DNA of 64,000 bases from an uncultured Bacteroidota bacterium (lineage in GTDB: Bacteria > Bacteroidota > Bacteroidia > Cytophagales > Cyclobacteriaceae), in contig CAVTZI010000045.1 in NCBI GenBank assembly GCA_963739105.1, positions 31,638-95,637 of the forward strand, written 5' to 3'. Position 1 is the first letter of the stretch. Each line of letters begins with the position of its first letter. The position numbers and the translations under genes were made by a program. The notes under the pieces are model-generated. The model was not told the DNA's origin, made no database searches, and saw nothing but the letters and a program-made list of their open reading frames with translations. Below, one piece after another: positions 33,382 to 45,184 of this stretch.

Positions 33382-33420
33382 GTACCGCTAAGACTCCCAC
33401 AGGTGCCAACAAGTTTAAAT

Positions 33421-34557
33421 TTACTTTTTCAATTCATTAATATCGGTGTTCTTTTTTCGATAGGAAAGTGCCAGAATAACAATTCCGGCAATTACACACG
33501 GTATGCTAAGAATTTGTCCCATGTTCAGGATCATGCCCTCCTCAAAGGGCTCCTGAACTTCCTTTAAAAACTCGAAAATAAATCGAAGTCCAAAACACCA
33601 TATCAAGAATATTCCAAGTAATCTTCCTGCTGGTAAATTTTGTTTTTGCCGCGACCAAAGCCAAAACAAAAATAAGAAGAGAAACACACAGGAAATCGAT
33701 TCATAAAGTTGCGCCGGATGGCGCGCGATTCCAAATGTGCTAATACGAGCGGCGACATCTCCATCTGTTAATACTTGTCCCCGGGTTTTGGTATTGTCGC
33801 CCGCTGCGTCAAAATACTCAGAATAACTATTCACCAATAAATTTCTTGCTGTGAAGTCGGTAAAGTCTCGTGGCTTATCGCCTGCAACACCTTTTTTGAA
33901 GAATAAATAAATATTCAGGGGAACGCGGCTCGAACTTGGCGCTGGTATTGAGTCATTTCGTTTTACAATAACAGATTCAACAATTCCCTCCCGATCGACT
34001 CTTGCATCTGTTAAGGCTTCCGTAAACCGATTGACAAATACGACACCCCAAGGTTTTGTAGTCGGCAGTCCTATAATTTCTGAATTAAAATAATTACCCA
34101 GGCGGATTAACGCTCCTGTAAGAGCAACCACGATCACAATTCTGTCGACAACCTGGAGGAAGGTCTGACCCGGTTTTTTCTTGCGACTGTAGATCCACAG
34201 GGCACTTAAAATTCCAATTGTTGCTCCATGACTGGCAAGACCCTGCAATCCCGTAAATCGGAATGGACTGAACTCAAAGGGCAAAAATATACTAAGGGGA
34301 TTTTCAGTGATGATTTCGGGTTGGTAAAAAATAACATGCCCAAGCCGTGCGCCGATGATCGTTGCAATGACCATGTAAATGGTGAGGGTGTCAACGTCTT
34401 TTTCAGGCTTACCTTCCTGTTTATAAAAGTAGTACATGAATTGTTGGCTAATTAAAAAGCCTAACGCGAAGAACAATCCGTACCAACGAAGGGAAAAGCT
34501 ACCGTATGAAAAGATCTCAGGACTTCCGTTCCAAATAATAAAATTCAGTATAGACAT
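33421..34557 (-). CDS. lgt: Prolipoprotein diacylglyceryl transferase
   Basis: RWYGL, GARLGHV, GLASHG, RLGNYFNSEI, RHPAQLYE, RFIFEFLK. Confidence 0.95.
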   Translation of the reverse strand: MSILNFIIWNGSPEIFSYGSFSLRWYGLFFALGFLISQQFMYYFYKQEGKPEKDVDTLTIYMVIATIIGARLGHVIFYQPEIITENPLSIFLPFEFSPFRFTGLQGLASHGATIGILSALWIYSRKKKPGQTFLQVVDRIVIVVALTGALIRLGNYFNSEIIGLPTTKPWGVVFVNRFTEALTDARVDREGIVESVIVKRNDSIPAPSSSRVPLNIYLFFKKGVAGDKPRDFTDFTARNLLVNSYSEYFDAAGDNTKTRGQVLTDGDVAARISTFGIARHPAQLYESISCVFLFLFLFWLWSRQKQNLPAGRLLGIFLIWCFGLRFIFEFLKEVQEPFEEGMILNMGQILSIPCVIAGIVILALSYRKKNTDINELKK

Positions 34558-34634
34558 AAGGGGCAAATATAATCCGTTAAATGATATCCATTGATATAAG
34601 ATCGATTTTTGGGGTTTTTTAGTATGTTTTTTCG

Positions 34635-36477
34635 TTAGATCTGCTCTAAAAGTTCCAGTTCTTCCAAAAAAGCTGAAGACAGAATGGGAAACCGGCACCA
34701 TGTTCTGGGATCAACATTCAGGTCATCGAGGTGCAAGGAGGGGGCCAGCCGCTCCCTTTTCCATTGGTTGGCAGACCATAATCGGAAGAATTTCTTAATG
34801 TAAATCTTTAGCGGGTTGGATTCATAACTCCCCTTCATGGCATGATAAACTTCTATTGGCGACTTGCGGTATAAGATAGCGTGCCTTTCAATTTCTACAA
34901 GGATCGGATAAGGCATCAGATCTTGCTCGTCTGTTTGTTGTCTTTCCAAGGGACGGAGCTCTGCAGTAGGCTGAAGGTTATTTACCAGTGAGAGTCCGGG
35001 TTGATCCAGTGCTTTTTCCGCCCAACGTAACCATTGGATAATAAAAGTCTTGCTTAGTCCGGCGATCGGAGCAAAGCTTCCGCTCGTATCGCCATCCATG
35101 GTGGCATATCCCAGATCACCTTCACTTCTGTTGGAGGTGGTCAGCAACACAGCGCGTTTTGTGTTGGCCAGCATCCAGATAATCGGAGATCGCGTACGCG
35201 CTTGAATATTTTGAAGCGTGATATCATCTGTTTCCCACTGGAGTTTTCGACCGATGGCTTTTTCAATTTTGGACGTATAAGATGTGGACCTCTTCATCAA
35301 TTTTCCAATGATGAAACTCCGCTCCTATAGATTCGGCCAAAAATTTGGCGGCATTGAAAGTGTGTAGACGAGGAATTTTCGGTGCCCTGATAGGCGCAGG
35401 AAAGAAGTTTGCTAACAGCGGATTTCCAGTGTGTCCATTTTGGGCAATCCGAGCGTCTTGCAAAATTGTGCAGATCCTAATTCATCCCAGGCCCTTTTAA
35501 CCATCTCCGTGACCACGATGGCGCACATCGAAGAATCAGCACCCCCACTTAAGGAGAGGACAAAGCCATTGGTTTTGCTCTTGCGTATGTAATCAAACAA
35601 TCCCAAAGAAATGGCTTGGGTCAACTCTTCATTTTTTTCCTTGTTGTCCGTTAAGGCAACAACTTGTGTCTTCGCCGGATTCTTAAAGTCTATCTCAGTA
35701 CCTAATACATTATAGGATTTAAAAGAAAATCTTTTGTTGACGGCAACCAGTTTTCCCCGCTGCCCAATAATAATATCACCATCATAGATCATCCGTCCCG
35801 CTTCATTGCCTAACAAATTGGCGAATACATAGACACAGTTGAACAGCGACGATCCTTCGACTGACAACTTCCTGCTCCCGAAGTAAGCTTTTAACCATTG
35901 CAAAATGGCTGGCGCTTGGATTTAGAATCAGGTCAACGCCCCGCTCGAAGAGCCTATAACCGGGACGATTTTCATCCCGCCATCCATCTTCACAAATTTC
36001 AAAACCAAATCGAAGACCCTCGACTTCGTAAATGATATCTCCTACCTGAATAAGTTCTTCACCACGGATGATCATGGTGGTTTTGTTAGGCAACCATGGA
36101 TCAAACCAACGGGGTTCATAGTGTACGCCGTCTCTCGCCAGGAATTGCTTCAACGTGATTCCGAGAATTTTTTTGTCGCTGATAACACAGGCGCCATTAT
36201 AGGTGAGTTCGCCGATTCGAATGGGTAGTCCTACGGTTACCGTTATATTGTCACAAAAGTTTCGGATGTTGATAAGTTCTTCCCAGGCCCGTTGGGGAAG
36301 CCAGTCACTTAAGAATAAATCTTCACATCCGTAGCCCGTAATACACAATTCAGGCAAGCAAAGAATTTTAATGCCTTGATTTTTGGCTTCCTGTATCGCA
36401 TCTATGATGTTTTTAGAGTTATTACGCCAATCAATAGGAATCTGATTGACAGTAGCTCCACCGACTTTAAGTTTCAT
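34635..36477 (-). CDS. nadE: Glutamine-dependent NAD+ synthetase (indels)
   Basis: Nitrilase domain PELCITGYGCED, EICED; LSGGADS, QNIQARTR, PTAELRP. Confidence 0.92.
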
Positions 36478-36483
36478 TTTTTA

Positions 36484-36601
36484 AAGCTTTCAGCTTTCAG
36501 CATAACAGCTTACAGCTATTGCAGTTGTATTGAGTATCAGTAAAATCATAAGCTTTCTTCATGTCGTCAGCTGTAAGCTGTAACTGTGAGCTGTCAGCTT
36601 A
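36484..36601. repeat. Inverted heptamer-repeat element (CAGCTTT/CAGCTTA)
   Basis: aagctttcagctttcagcataacagcttacagcta ... cagctgtaagctgtaactgtgagctgtcagctta. Confidence 0.85.
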
Positions 36602-37340
36602 ACTCGCATCCAATAAATCCAGCATTTCACAGGTTTTGAAGGCGGCATCTTGTTCGGCTTTTTTCTTACTATTACCATAGCCGTTCCTTTAGCTTCCTTA
36701 TTTACGAGAACTTGTGCAGTAAATTCTTTATGATTGCGACCTTTTTTTACGTTTAGGATTTCGAAACGGACTTCCTTTCCCTCCCGTTGTGCCCATTCAA
36801 TGATTTTACTTTTGAAGTTGGAATTTGAGTTTACCAGATCTTCAACATCATAGTTGGGAATGATCAGTTTATCAATGACAAACTTTTTGGTCCGTCAAAT
36901 AGCCTTTATCAAGGTAGATCGCACCCACGATTGCCTCAAGCGTATTACCAAGGATCACTTGTTGAAGGTGAGCATTTTTCTGATCGAACTGAACAATGTT
37001 GGCGACTCCAATTTTCGTGCCAGCAGATTTAATGCTTCACGATTAACAATCCGGGATCGGATTTCGGTAAGAAATCCTTCTGACTTAAAGGGGAATTTCT
37101 TAAAAAGATAGTCCGCTACAGCAGCGCCGAGGATGGCATCGCCAAGATATTCCAGGCGTTCATTTGATTCTTTGAAGCCAGAAGCCGTATTTTCTTTGGC
37201 GATAGAACTATGTACTGTGGCGAGGCGATAAAGTTCAAGATTAGAAGGAGTAAATCCTGCAATGTTGTGAATAGCCGACAAACAGCTTCTTATCTATTTT
37301 CGACTTTCCTTTCGGGATTTTAAGAATCTTCCAAACCAAG
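36599..37340 (-). CDS. rnc: Ribonuclease III (indels; start approximate)
   Basis: SNERLEYLGDAILG, EGFLTEIRSRIVNR; dsRBD (NFKSKIIEWAQ, KKKAEQDAA). Confidence 0.92.
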
Positions 37341-37414
37341 CGTCAAATCATTGAAAGTACGGCTGCTAATTTAACAATTCTCCATCATTAAATTAATTGA
37401 AGGGGTTGATATCA

Positions 37415-38672
37415 TTACACCTTATGCTTCTTAAAAATAATGGAAAAATTATGGCCACCGAAACCAAATGTATTGCTTAACGCTACATCTACATTTCGTT
37501 GCTGTGCTTCATTAAAAGTGAGATTGAGCTTTGGATCCAGGCCTGGATCATCGGTGAAATGATTGATGGTAGGAGGAATAATGGATTGATTAATTGCAAG
37601 CAGGCAGGCAATACTTTCAATAGCTCCGGCAGCGCCCAGCAAATGACCTGTCATGGATTTAGTGGAGCTTATATTCATTTTATAGGCATGTTCCCCAAAC
37701 ACCTTTTGAATGGCCCTGATTTCTCCTAAGTCGCCCAGGGGAGTGGAGGTGCCATGAGTATTGACGTAATCTACTTCTTCTGGCTTTGACACCGGCTTCT
37801 TCCAGTGCATTGTACATTACTTTGGTAATTCCTGCCCCTTCAGGATGAGGAGCAGTGATGTGGTATGCATCGGCCGTCATTCCACCACCCAGTACTTCAC
37901 CATAAATTTTGGCGCCGCGTTTTTTTGCGTGTTCATATTCTTCCAGGATCAAAGCGCCTGCACCTTCGCCCAGGACGAACCCATCGCGATCTTTGTCATA
38001 AGGCCGCGAGCTGTTTCTGGGGAATCATTTCGTTCCGAAAGTGCTCGCATAGCATTAAACCCGCCGACACCCGCTTCACAAACTGCCGCTTCCGAGCCGC
38101 CGGAGACGATAATATCGGCTTTGCCCAACCTGAGGTAATGTAAAGGCGTCGTAGATAGCATTGGTGGACGATGCGCAAGCCGAAACAGTTACAAAGTTGG
38201 GCCCCCGAAAGCCATATTTGATGGAGATATGACCCGCGCTCAGGTCAGGAATCATTTTTGGAATGAAGAATGGATTGAATCGTGGGGTACCGTCGCCTCT
38301 TGGCATAGGTCTTAACTTCTTCCTGAAAGGTTAATAACCCCCCGATACCTGATCCCCAGATTACCCCTACGCGGTCAGGATTAAGCTCAGCTAACGGGAG
38401 GTTTGAATCTTTAATAGCTTCATCAACGGCAACCATGGCATACTGCGCAAATGGATCCATTTTGCGTGCTTCTTTGCGATCCATGAAGTTGCCGATATCA
38501 AAGTTTTTTACTTCGCAGGCGAACTTGGTTTTATAAAGTGTGGCATCAAAACGTGTAATAGGCGCAGCTCCGCTTTTACCAGCTTTCAGGCCGTTCCCAG
38601 AATTCCTGGAAGCGTATTTCCGATGGGAGTGAGTGCACCAAGTCCTGTAACGACTACTCGTTTTAATGTCAT
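37415..38672 (-). CDS. fabF: Beta-ketoacyl-ACP synthase II (indels)
   Basis: [45 protein letters not shown]. Confidence 0.95.
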
Positions 38673-38709
38673 GTTGAATGGGGTGTGATAAAAATGCGAA
38701 AGGAGTCAA

Positions 38710-38949
38710 TTATTTCTTCACGTTTTGCTCCAGGTATGAAATTGCCTGGCCTACAGTTGAAATATTTTCAGCCTGATCGTCAGGAATCGAGATATTGAAT
38801 TCCTTTTCGAACTCCATAATAAGCTCTACGGTGTCGAGAGAGTCAGCACCAAGATCGTTAGTGAAGCTCGCTTCGGGAGTAACTTCAGATTCTTCAACAC
38901 CAAGTTTCTCGATGATGATCTGTTTTACTTTTTGTGCAATTTCAGACAT
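38710..38949 (-). CDS. acpP: Acyl carrier protein
   Basis: [20 protein letters not shown]. Confidence 0.98.
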   Translation of the reverse strand: MSEIAQKVKQIIIEKLGVEESEVTPEASFTNDLGADSLDTVELIMEFEKEFNISIPDDQAENISTVGQAISYLEQNVKK

Positions 38950-39065
38950 GTTTTTTCGGTTTAATGATTTAAAAATCTGTGCAAATAAAGAGATTTGCCG
39001 CAATATTGTCAAACTTTTTTGATCTTGCTCAAACGAGTGAAAAGTCGCCTCGATAGGGTCCTGAA

Positions 39066-39489
39066 ATGAAAAAAAATAAACTGGTCATCGAATATGAATT
39101 TGATTTTGAGTTGCTGGGTATACTTTCATCGGCTCGCGGCTACAAACTTGCCTGGGAAATCAACCAGGCTTTGGGTATTCAGCTGGTTAAACAGCAGGAT
39201 TTGGTGGTAGGTTTTAAAAATAACGAGGAAAAAAGCTTTTCTTTTTATGCACACGAAACACAGCTCAATCGATTGAAACTGTTTAAAAATAGGCCTAGTG
39301 AACAAGAAAACGGAAAGTATTTTCTAATCCCTGAATTTCCTCACTATGATTTTATAATTTTGGCCGCCATGGAAGAGCAGCATGCGCATCACCATTTAAT
39401 GCAACGGATCAGAGTCGATTACCGCCATTCAGTTCGTTGCCTCTATTCCGCTGGAAGGTCTGAAGTCAAAATCGAATTTTATTTTTTGA
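39066..39489 (+). CDS. IPExxxVDY family protein (indel near 3' end)
   Basis: [18 protein letters not shown]; conserved Bacteroidota position between acpP and pyk. Confidence 0.75.
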
Positions 39490-39544
39490 TGCCATGCCAT
39501 GCAGCTGTTCGCACATTCATTATTACGTATTACCTTAAACCTCT

Positions 39545-40979
39545 ATGCTAGAAAAAGTATCGTTCAACAAGACTAAAATTGTTGCCACTGTCGGCCCAGC
39601 TTCAAATTCAAAAGAAATGCTCCGGGCGTTGATTAAAGAAGGAGTGGATGTATTTCGCTTGAACTTCTCCCACGGCACGCACGAAGATCATCTCAAAGTA
39701 ATACAAAACGTCAGAGAGCTGAATAAAGAGTTGGGAACCAAGATATGCTTGCTTCAAGATCTGCAGGGACCGAAGATTCGCGTAAATGAAATGGAACCTA
39801 ACGTGATCATTGAGCGCGGACAGGATTTGATTATCACCACACAAAGAAGCTACTTGGCAATAATAAGATCGTAAGCACTTCCTATAAGAACCTGCCAAAG
39901 GATGTGAAGGTAGGCGATATGATTCTTGATCGATGATGGAAAAATTGAATTGAAAGTTAAAGAAGTACGAAACGACGAAGTCCTGACCGAAGTTGTATAT
40001 GGTGGATCTATTGAAATCCCGGAAAGGAATCAACCTTCCGTTTACAAAAGTTTCGGCTCCATCGCTTACGGAAAAGGATTTGAAAGATCTTGAATTTGGT
40101 CTTCAAAATGATGTTGATTGGATCGCCTTATCTTTTGTGAGAAAGGCATATGATATTCAATCGATGCGGGCTATTATCGATTCTCATAAGTCGGCTGCGC
40201 GTATCGTTGCTAAAATTGAAAAGCCTGAAGCCTTAAGCAATATTGATGAGATCATCGCGGAAACGGATGGTGTAATGGTTGCACGCGGTGACCTGGGTGT
40301 GGAAATATGGATGGAAGAAGTGCCGATGGTTCAAAAGATGCTGGTGGAAAAATGCAACAAAGCGGGTAAACCGGTTATTGTTGCTACCCAAATGATGGAA
40401 AGCATGATTGAAAATCCTCGACCGACCCGGGCAGAAACCAACGATGTAGCAAATGCTGTAATGGATGGCGCGGATGCATTGATGCTATCGGCCGAGACTG
40501 CTTCCGGTAAATATCCATTGGAAGTTATCCGCAGCATGGTACGCACGGTCGCTTCGGTAGAAAAAAATCCAAAGATCTATTATCACTTTAGGAACGTCGA
40601 AAAGAACTCGCCAAAATACATTCATGATAATTTCGTGCTGGCAGCCTGTAAACTGGCAAAAGATGTTGGGGCAAAGGCGATCGTGGGAATGACACAGTCA
40701 GGATATACGGCCTTCCAATCTTCTGCTTACAGACCGAATGCTAATATTTTTGTGTTTACTTCAAACGCATCGTTGTTGAATAAAATCAACCTCGTGTGGG
40801 GCTCTCAAGGATATTATTACGATAAAACAAATTCAACAGATGAAACCATATCGGATGTTGAAGCCACATTAAAACGTGATGGCCATGTGAAAACCGGCGA
40901 TATTATTATCATTCTCGCCAGCATGCCAATTCATGAAAAAGCCAGGACTAATACGTTAAAGATTAATATCGTCAAGTAA
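39545..40979 (+). CDS. pyk: Pyruvate kinase (indels)
   Basis: TKIVATVGPAS, FRLNFSHG, DLQGPKIR, MVARGDLGVE, PTRAETNDV. Confidence 0.96.
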
Positions 40980-41234
40980 TCGGTAATCAGTAATCGGTAA
41001 TCGGTAATCGGTGGTAATTCGTTAGTAAGTAGTAAGTTAGTAAGTAGTACACTTTGTGGCACTGTATTAGATTGGTAACCAATGTGCTTCTGATTACGTC
41101 GAATCTTTCAAAAACTTTGACTTCGATACTGATCACTGATCAGTCTACCAGTCTCTAAACCAACGTTTCACAAAGCGATCTCATACTCTCGTTACTACGA
41201 CCTACCGATTACCGATTACTGATTACCGATTACC
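40976..41234. repeat. Inverted heptamer-repeat element (GGTAATC/GATTACC) with nested AGTAAGT repeats
   Basis: gtaatcggtaatcagtaatcggtaatcggtaatcgg ... ccgattaccgattactgattaccgattacc. Confidence 0.9.
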
Positions 41235-42785
41235 ATTCAAAGAAGGCACCACCATCAACACCTCCTCACGCTCAACAACCACCAAACCGGGCGGATCTCC
41301 TTTTCTTTTACGCACAATTTTTTCGGTGTCACTGAAACAGGACATAGGGATTCATTTTTGCGTTTTGAGTAATAGGCTGCAAGTTCGGCTGCGCGCTGAA
41401 TGACATCTTTTGGAAAGTTTTTTCCTGACTGATACTTAATGAGCACATGAGATCCCGCGACATCTTTTGCGTGGAGCCAAAGATCTTCTTTGTAGCCATA
41501 CTTCAGGGTAAGGGTATCGTTGTTTTGAGCGTTTTTTCCAATCCAGATTTTGTAACCATTAAATTCCACTTCCCGATAGGGTAGGGATGCCACCTGCTTC
41601 TCTTTCTCTGGGGCTATTTCCAGGTTCCCCGTAATCTTTCGCAAATTTTTTATATCCTCAGCGGCTGCGATTTGTTCCAGCTGACGCGCGAGCGTATCTT
41701 TTTCCTGCTCTTTGCTTGATAAAATTTTTTGCAGGTGAGTGATCTCAATGTGTTGATTCTTTGCTTTCCTGTAAAAGATGGCGGCGTTTTTTTGCGGACT
41801 TATGTCCCTTTTAAGTTTTATCACGGTTGGATGATCGTCGCGATAAAAGTCTGGCAAAGTCACGCGCTCGGTGCCCGCAGGGATAGCGTGTAAGTTCGCC
41901 ATCAATAGATCTGCCCACACTTTATAATTGTTGTCTTTTTCCAGTTCATGGAGCTTGCTCCGGATTTTATCCGAATAACTTTCTGACGCATGAAGCTTGG
42001 ATTTTAATTCCGAGATGAGTGATGTCTTTTCCTTTGCGAAGGAATCTTGCTGCGTATAATAAATGAAGAACTCATGTAATCGCATGCACAGGGTCATCAA
42101 ATTTTTTGATCAATTTGCCAAACTCCAGCAGGGAAAAAAATATTTTGCCTGCCGCTTCCCGAATGGCGTAAATTGGATTGTTAAGTTGATCGCGAACCTG
42201 CAGGATGGCTTTCCATTGTTCTTGCATTGAAAGGTTTTCGTAATTCTTAGCCTTCAGATACTTCCACACAATTTTCCCAAAGGTGAAGTAGAGATTTTCC
42301 GATTGATGGTGATGTTGTACAAAATTTTCATAGCTCCAATCGATCACCCTGTCTAAATCAGTCAAGCGTAATGACTCATCTTCGGGAATGTTGTTTTTAA
42401 AGATTTCGGCAACAATGCCATCCTGAAAAAGAATAACATTGGACCTGTTCCCATGCATCTTGAAAAGCAACGAAATGTTATTGCTGAAATTGATGGTAAA
42501 GCTTCTTTCGTTTTCATACTGTCGGATTCCTTCGACACGTTGTCCGATCAGTTTTTCAAAGAGATCAATACTATTTCTTCGCGCCCGATGAAAATTTTCG
42601 GGAAATGACAAACAAGAAAAAGAAGGCGACAAACTTGCTCTGATAAAAAAAGGTGAATCCTGTCGTTCAAATCGGACAACCAATTCGTCTTTGTTCTGAC
42701 TAAAACATTCGGAAACAACGGACAATCTAATCGCCTTTTCCAAAGCTGGGGTGAGCTGACGAAGAAAGTAGTAGTTATTGTGCAT
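41223..42785 (-). CDS. NFACT family protein (RqcH/FbpA-like), indels
   Basis: MHGNRSN, IGKNAQNND, DLWLHAKDVAGSHV, AAELAAYYSK; stop at 41223-41225 after correcting an indel. Confidence 0.85.
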
Positions 42786-42787
42786 GA

Positions 42788-42931
42788 CCGTTATCCGTTA
42801 TCCGTTAATAGTTATCCGTTGTCCCGCTCAATCGTACGTGATAGGACAAATATTTCACAAGTTATTGATACAATATTGGATTGTCTTGATTTCCTTCCTA
42901 CCGGACCGGATAACGGATAACGGATAACGAT
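42788..42931. repeat. Inverted heptamer-repeat element (CCGTTAT/ATAACGG)
   Basis: ccgttatccgttatccgttaatagttatccgtt ... cggataacggataacggataacga. Confidence 0.88.
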
Positions 42932-43697
42932 CTATCCCACGTCTCAACTGCAGCCCATCATAGGCCAACATAACATTCGCTGGTAGTTCTTTAGATACCT
43001 CCGCATGGGTGCCAAGTTTATGGCTTATATGTGTAAGATAGGTTTTCTTCGCTTTGATTTTTTCAATCACTTGCAATGCTTCTACCAAATTAAAATGCGA
43101 AATGTGAGGTTCACGTTGCAAGGCATTTAATACCAGGATTTCTGTCCCCTTTAGTTTTTCAAACGTTTCTTCGGGAATAAAATTAGCATCCGTGATATAG
43201 CTGAAGTTTCCAAACCGAAAGCCATGCACGGGCATTTTCAAATGCATCACTGGAAGCGGGAGAACCTCGATTCCATTAACGGAAAATGGTTTGTCGTCAA
43301 TGAGGTGAAACAATAATCGTGGGATGCCCGGATAGGTATCTTTCATGAATGCATAGGCATATTCAATTCTTAATTGATCCAATACAGGCTGCGTACCATA
43401 TACCGGCATGTCCATCTTCTGCATGAAATTATAGGCCCGGACATCGTCAAGGCCAGCTGTATGGTCACGATGCGCGTGGGTAAAGAGAACGGCATCGATT
43501 CGCTTTACACGTTCGCGCAACATCTGCTGTCGGAAATCAGGACCGGTATCTACGACAAAACTTTGACGGGATAATTCTATGTGAATGGAAGACCGTAGTC
43601 GTTTGTCACGAAAATCAAGGGATGTACAAACTTCACAGGTACAGCCGATCACCGGAACGCCCTGTGATGTACCGCTTCCCAGAAATGTAATTTTCAT
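42930..43697 (-). CDS. MBL-fold metallo-hydrolase, PhnP/YcfH-neighbour type (3' end uncertain)
   Basis: LGSGTSQGVPVIGC.C..C, THAHRDH, THISH, LAYDGL. Confidence 0.92.
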
Positions 43698-43778
43698 GCG
43701 CTCTTAATTTTAAAACAAGCGCATGAACTCAATCCACTATCAGAAATGGTGGTTAAAATTAGAACTGACACAGGCATT

Positions 43779-44051
43779 TTAAGCCGCTTGAAATTGTTGA
43801 ATAAGTTCTTCGTAGAGTTTCTGACTTTTTTCGGTAAAACGGGAGCCATCCAGCACAATGCCCTTCAGAATTTCCATCAACGCGTTGATCTTACCCTCAG
43901 TCGTATAAAATTTATTAACGATGATGATTTTTTGATCCTTCAAAACACAATATCCTGACTTAAAATTACCTTTCTCGTACCGAAGCGTATAGTCAGACTC
44001 GGCAATCATATCCTCCAGCTTGGTCAGAAATGGTATTGTATATTTAATCAT
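43779..44051 (-). CDS. Conserved Bacteroidota hypothetical protein
   Basis: LRYEKGNFKSGYCVL, VNKF. Confidence 0.75.
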   Translation of the reverse strand: MIKYTIPFLTKLEDMIAESDYTLRYEKGNFKSGYCVLKDQKIIIVNKFYTTEGKINALMEILKGIVLDGSRFTEKSQKLYEELIQQFQAA

Positions 44052-44190
44052 GCTTTATTCAAATAATTAACGGGCGAAAGATAAGAAAAATTTGGTGTCT
44101 TTGGCTCATTAAGCAGTGCCGGGATTTTGAGGAAATCGTCCATCACGAAACGGATTACCACGCTGGATACGGGCATAATCCACCACGCAC

Positions 44191-44224
44191 AAGCTGTTGG
44201 CTCTAAGCTGTAAGCTGACAGCTT
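44191..44224. repeat. Minimal CAGCTTA-type repeat/hairpin upstream of miaA
   Basis: aagctgttggctctaagctgtaagctgacagctt. Confidence 0.5.
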
Positions 44225-44243
44225 TTTAACTATCTTTCCAGGC

Positions 44244-45141
44244 TTGGAGAAGAGTAACAAAACGTTAATTGTTGTTGCAGGGCCAACGGCAGTGGGCAAA
44301 ACGGCGGTCGCTATAAAACTTGCGCAGGCATTTCGGACGGAGATTATTTCGGCTGATTCCCGCCAAATTTTTAAGGAACTGACCATTGGTACCGCAAAAC
44401 CCTCGGAAGCCGAATTGGGCTTGGTATCCTCATCACTTTATCAATACCCATTCCATTACGGAAGATTATGATGCTGCGCAATATGGCCGCGATGCCCTCG
44501 CTTTAATATCCAAGCTTTTTGAACAGCACGACTTCTTAATACTTTGTGGTGGCTCCGGCCTTTACATACAAGCTGTTTGCGAAGGGTTTGACGATATTCC
44601 CGAAATTCCTGTTGGTGTTCGTGAAGAATTAATTCAACAGTATGAGCACCATGGGATAGGATGGCTTCAGCGTCAAATGCAACAATTGGACCCTGAACAT
44701 TTTCAGGAGATCGATCAAAAAAATCCCCACCGCCTCATTCGTGCGCTAGAGGTAAAGTTAGCGACTGGTTTTTCCATTGCATCTTTCCGCACGAAAAATA
44801 AAATCGTCCATCCGTTCTCCATTGTTAAAATTGGATTGGAACTTCCGCGGGAAGATCTTTACCGTCGCATCGATGAACGCATGGATATGATGATCAAAGA
44901 AGGTTTGTTTGAGGAAGCCAAAAACCTCTACGAGCAGAGACATCGGCGAGCTTTGCAGACGGTTGGTTATCAGGAGATTTTTGATTTTATCGATGGTAAG
45001 TATGAAAAGGAGGAAGCCGTTCGCTTGTTAAAACGAAACTCCAGGCGGTATGCAAAACGTCAGCTTACGTGGTTTAAGCGCGATGCAGATATGCATTGGT
45101 TTTCAAGTCATGAGATTGAAAAAATTATACGAGTTTATTAG
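44244..45141 (+). CDS. miaA: tRNA dimethylallyltransferase (one indel)
   Basis: [35 protein letters not shown]. Confidence 0.96.
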
Positions 45142-45172
45142 TCGTCAGACCACTTCAAGTGGTCTGACGACT
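45140..45172. repeat. Palindrome, CGTC-type REP-like
   Basis: agtcgtcagaccactt-c-aagtggtctgacgact. Confidence 0.75.
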
Positions 45173-45184
45173 TTCTAGAAAAAA

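Noticed and set aside
34635-40979. Programmed frameshifting or genome decay in nadE, rnc, fabF, pyk
   Set aside because: Multiple scattered indels in essential genes with intact motifs fit sequencing error better.
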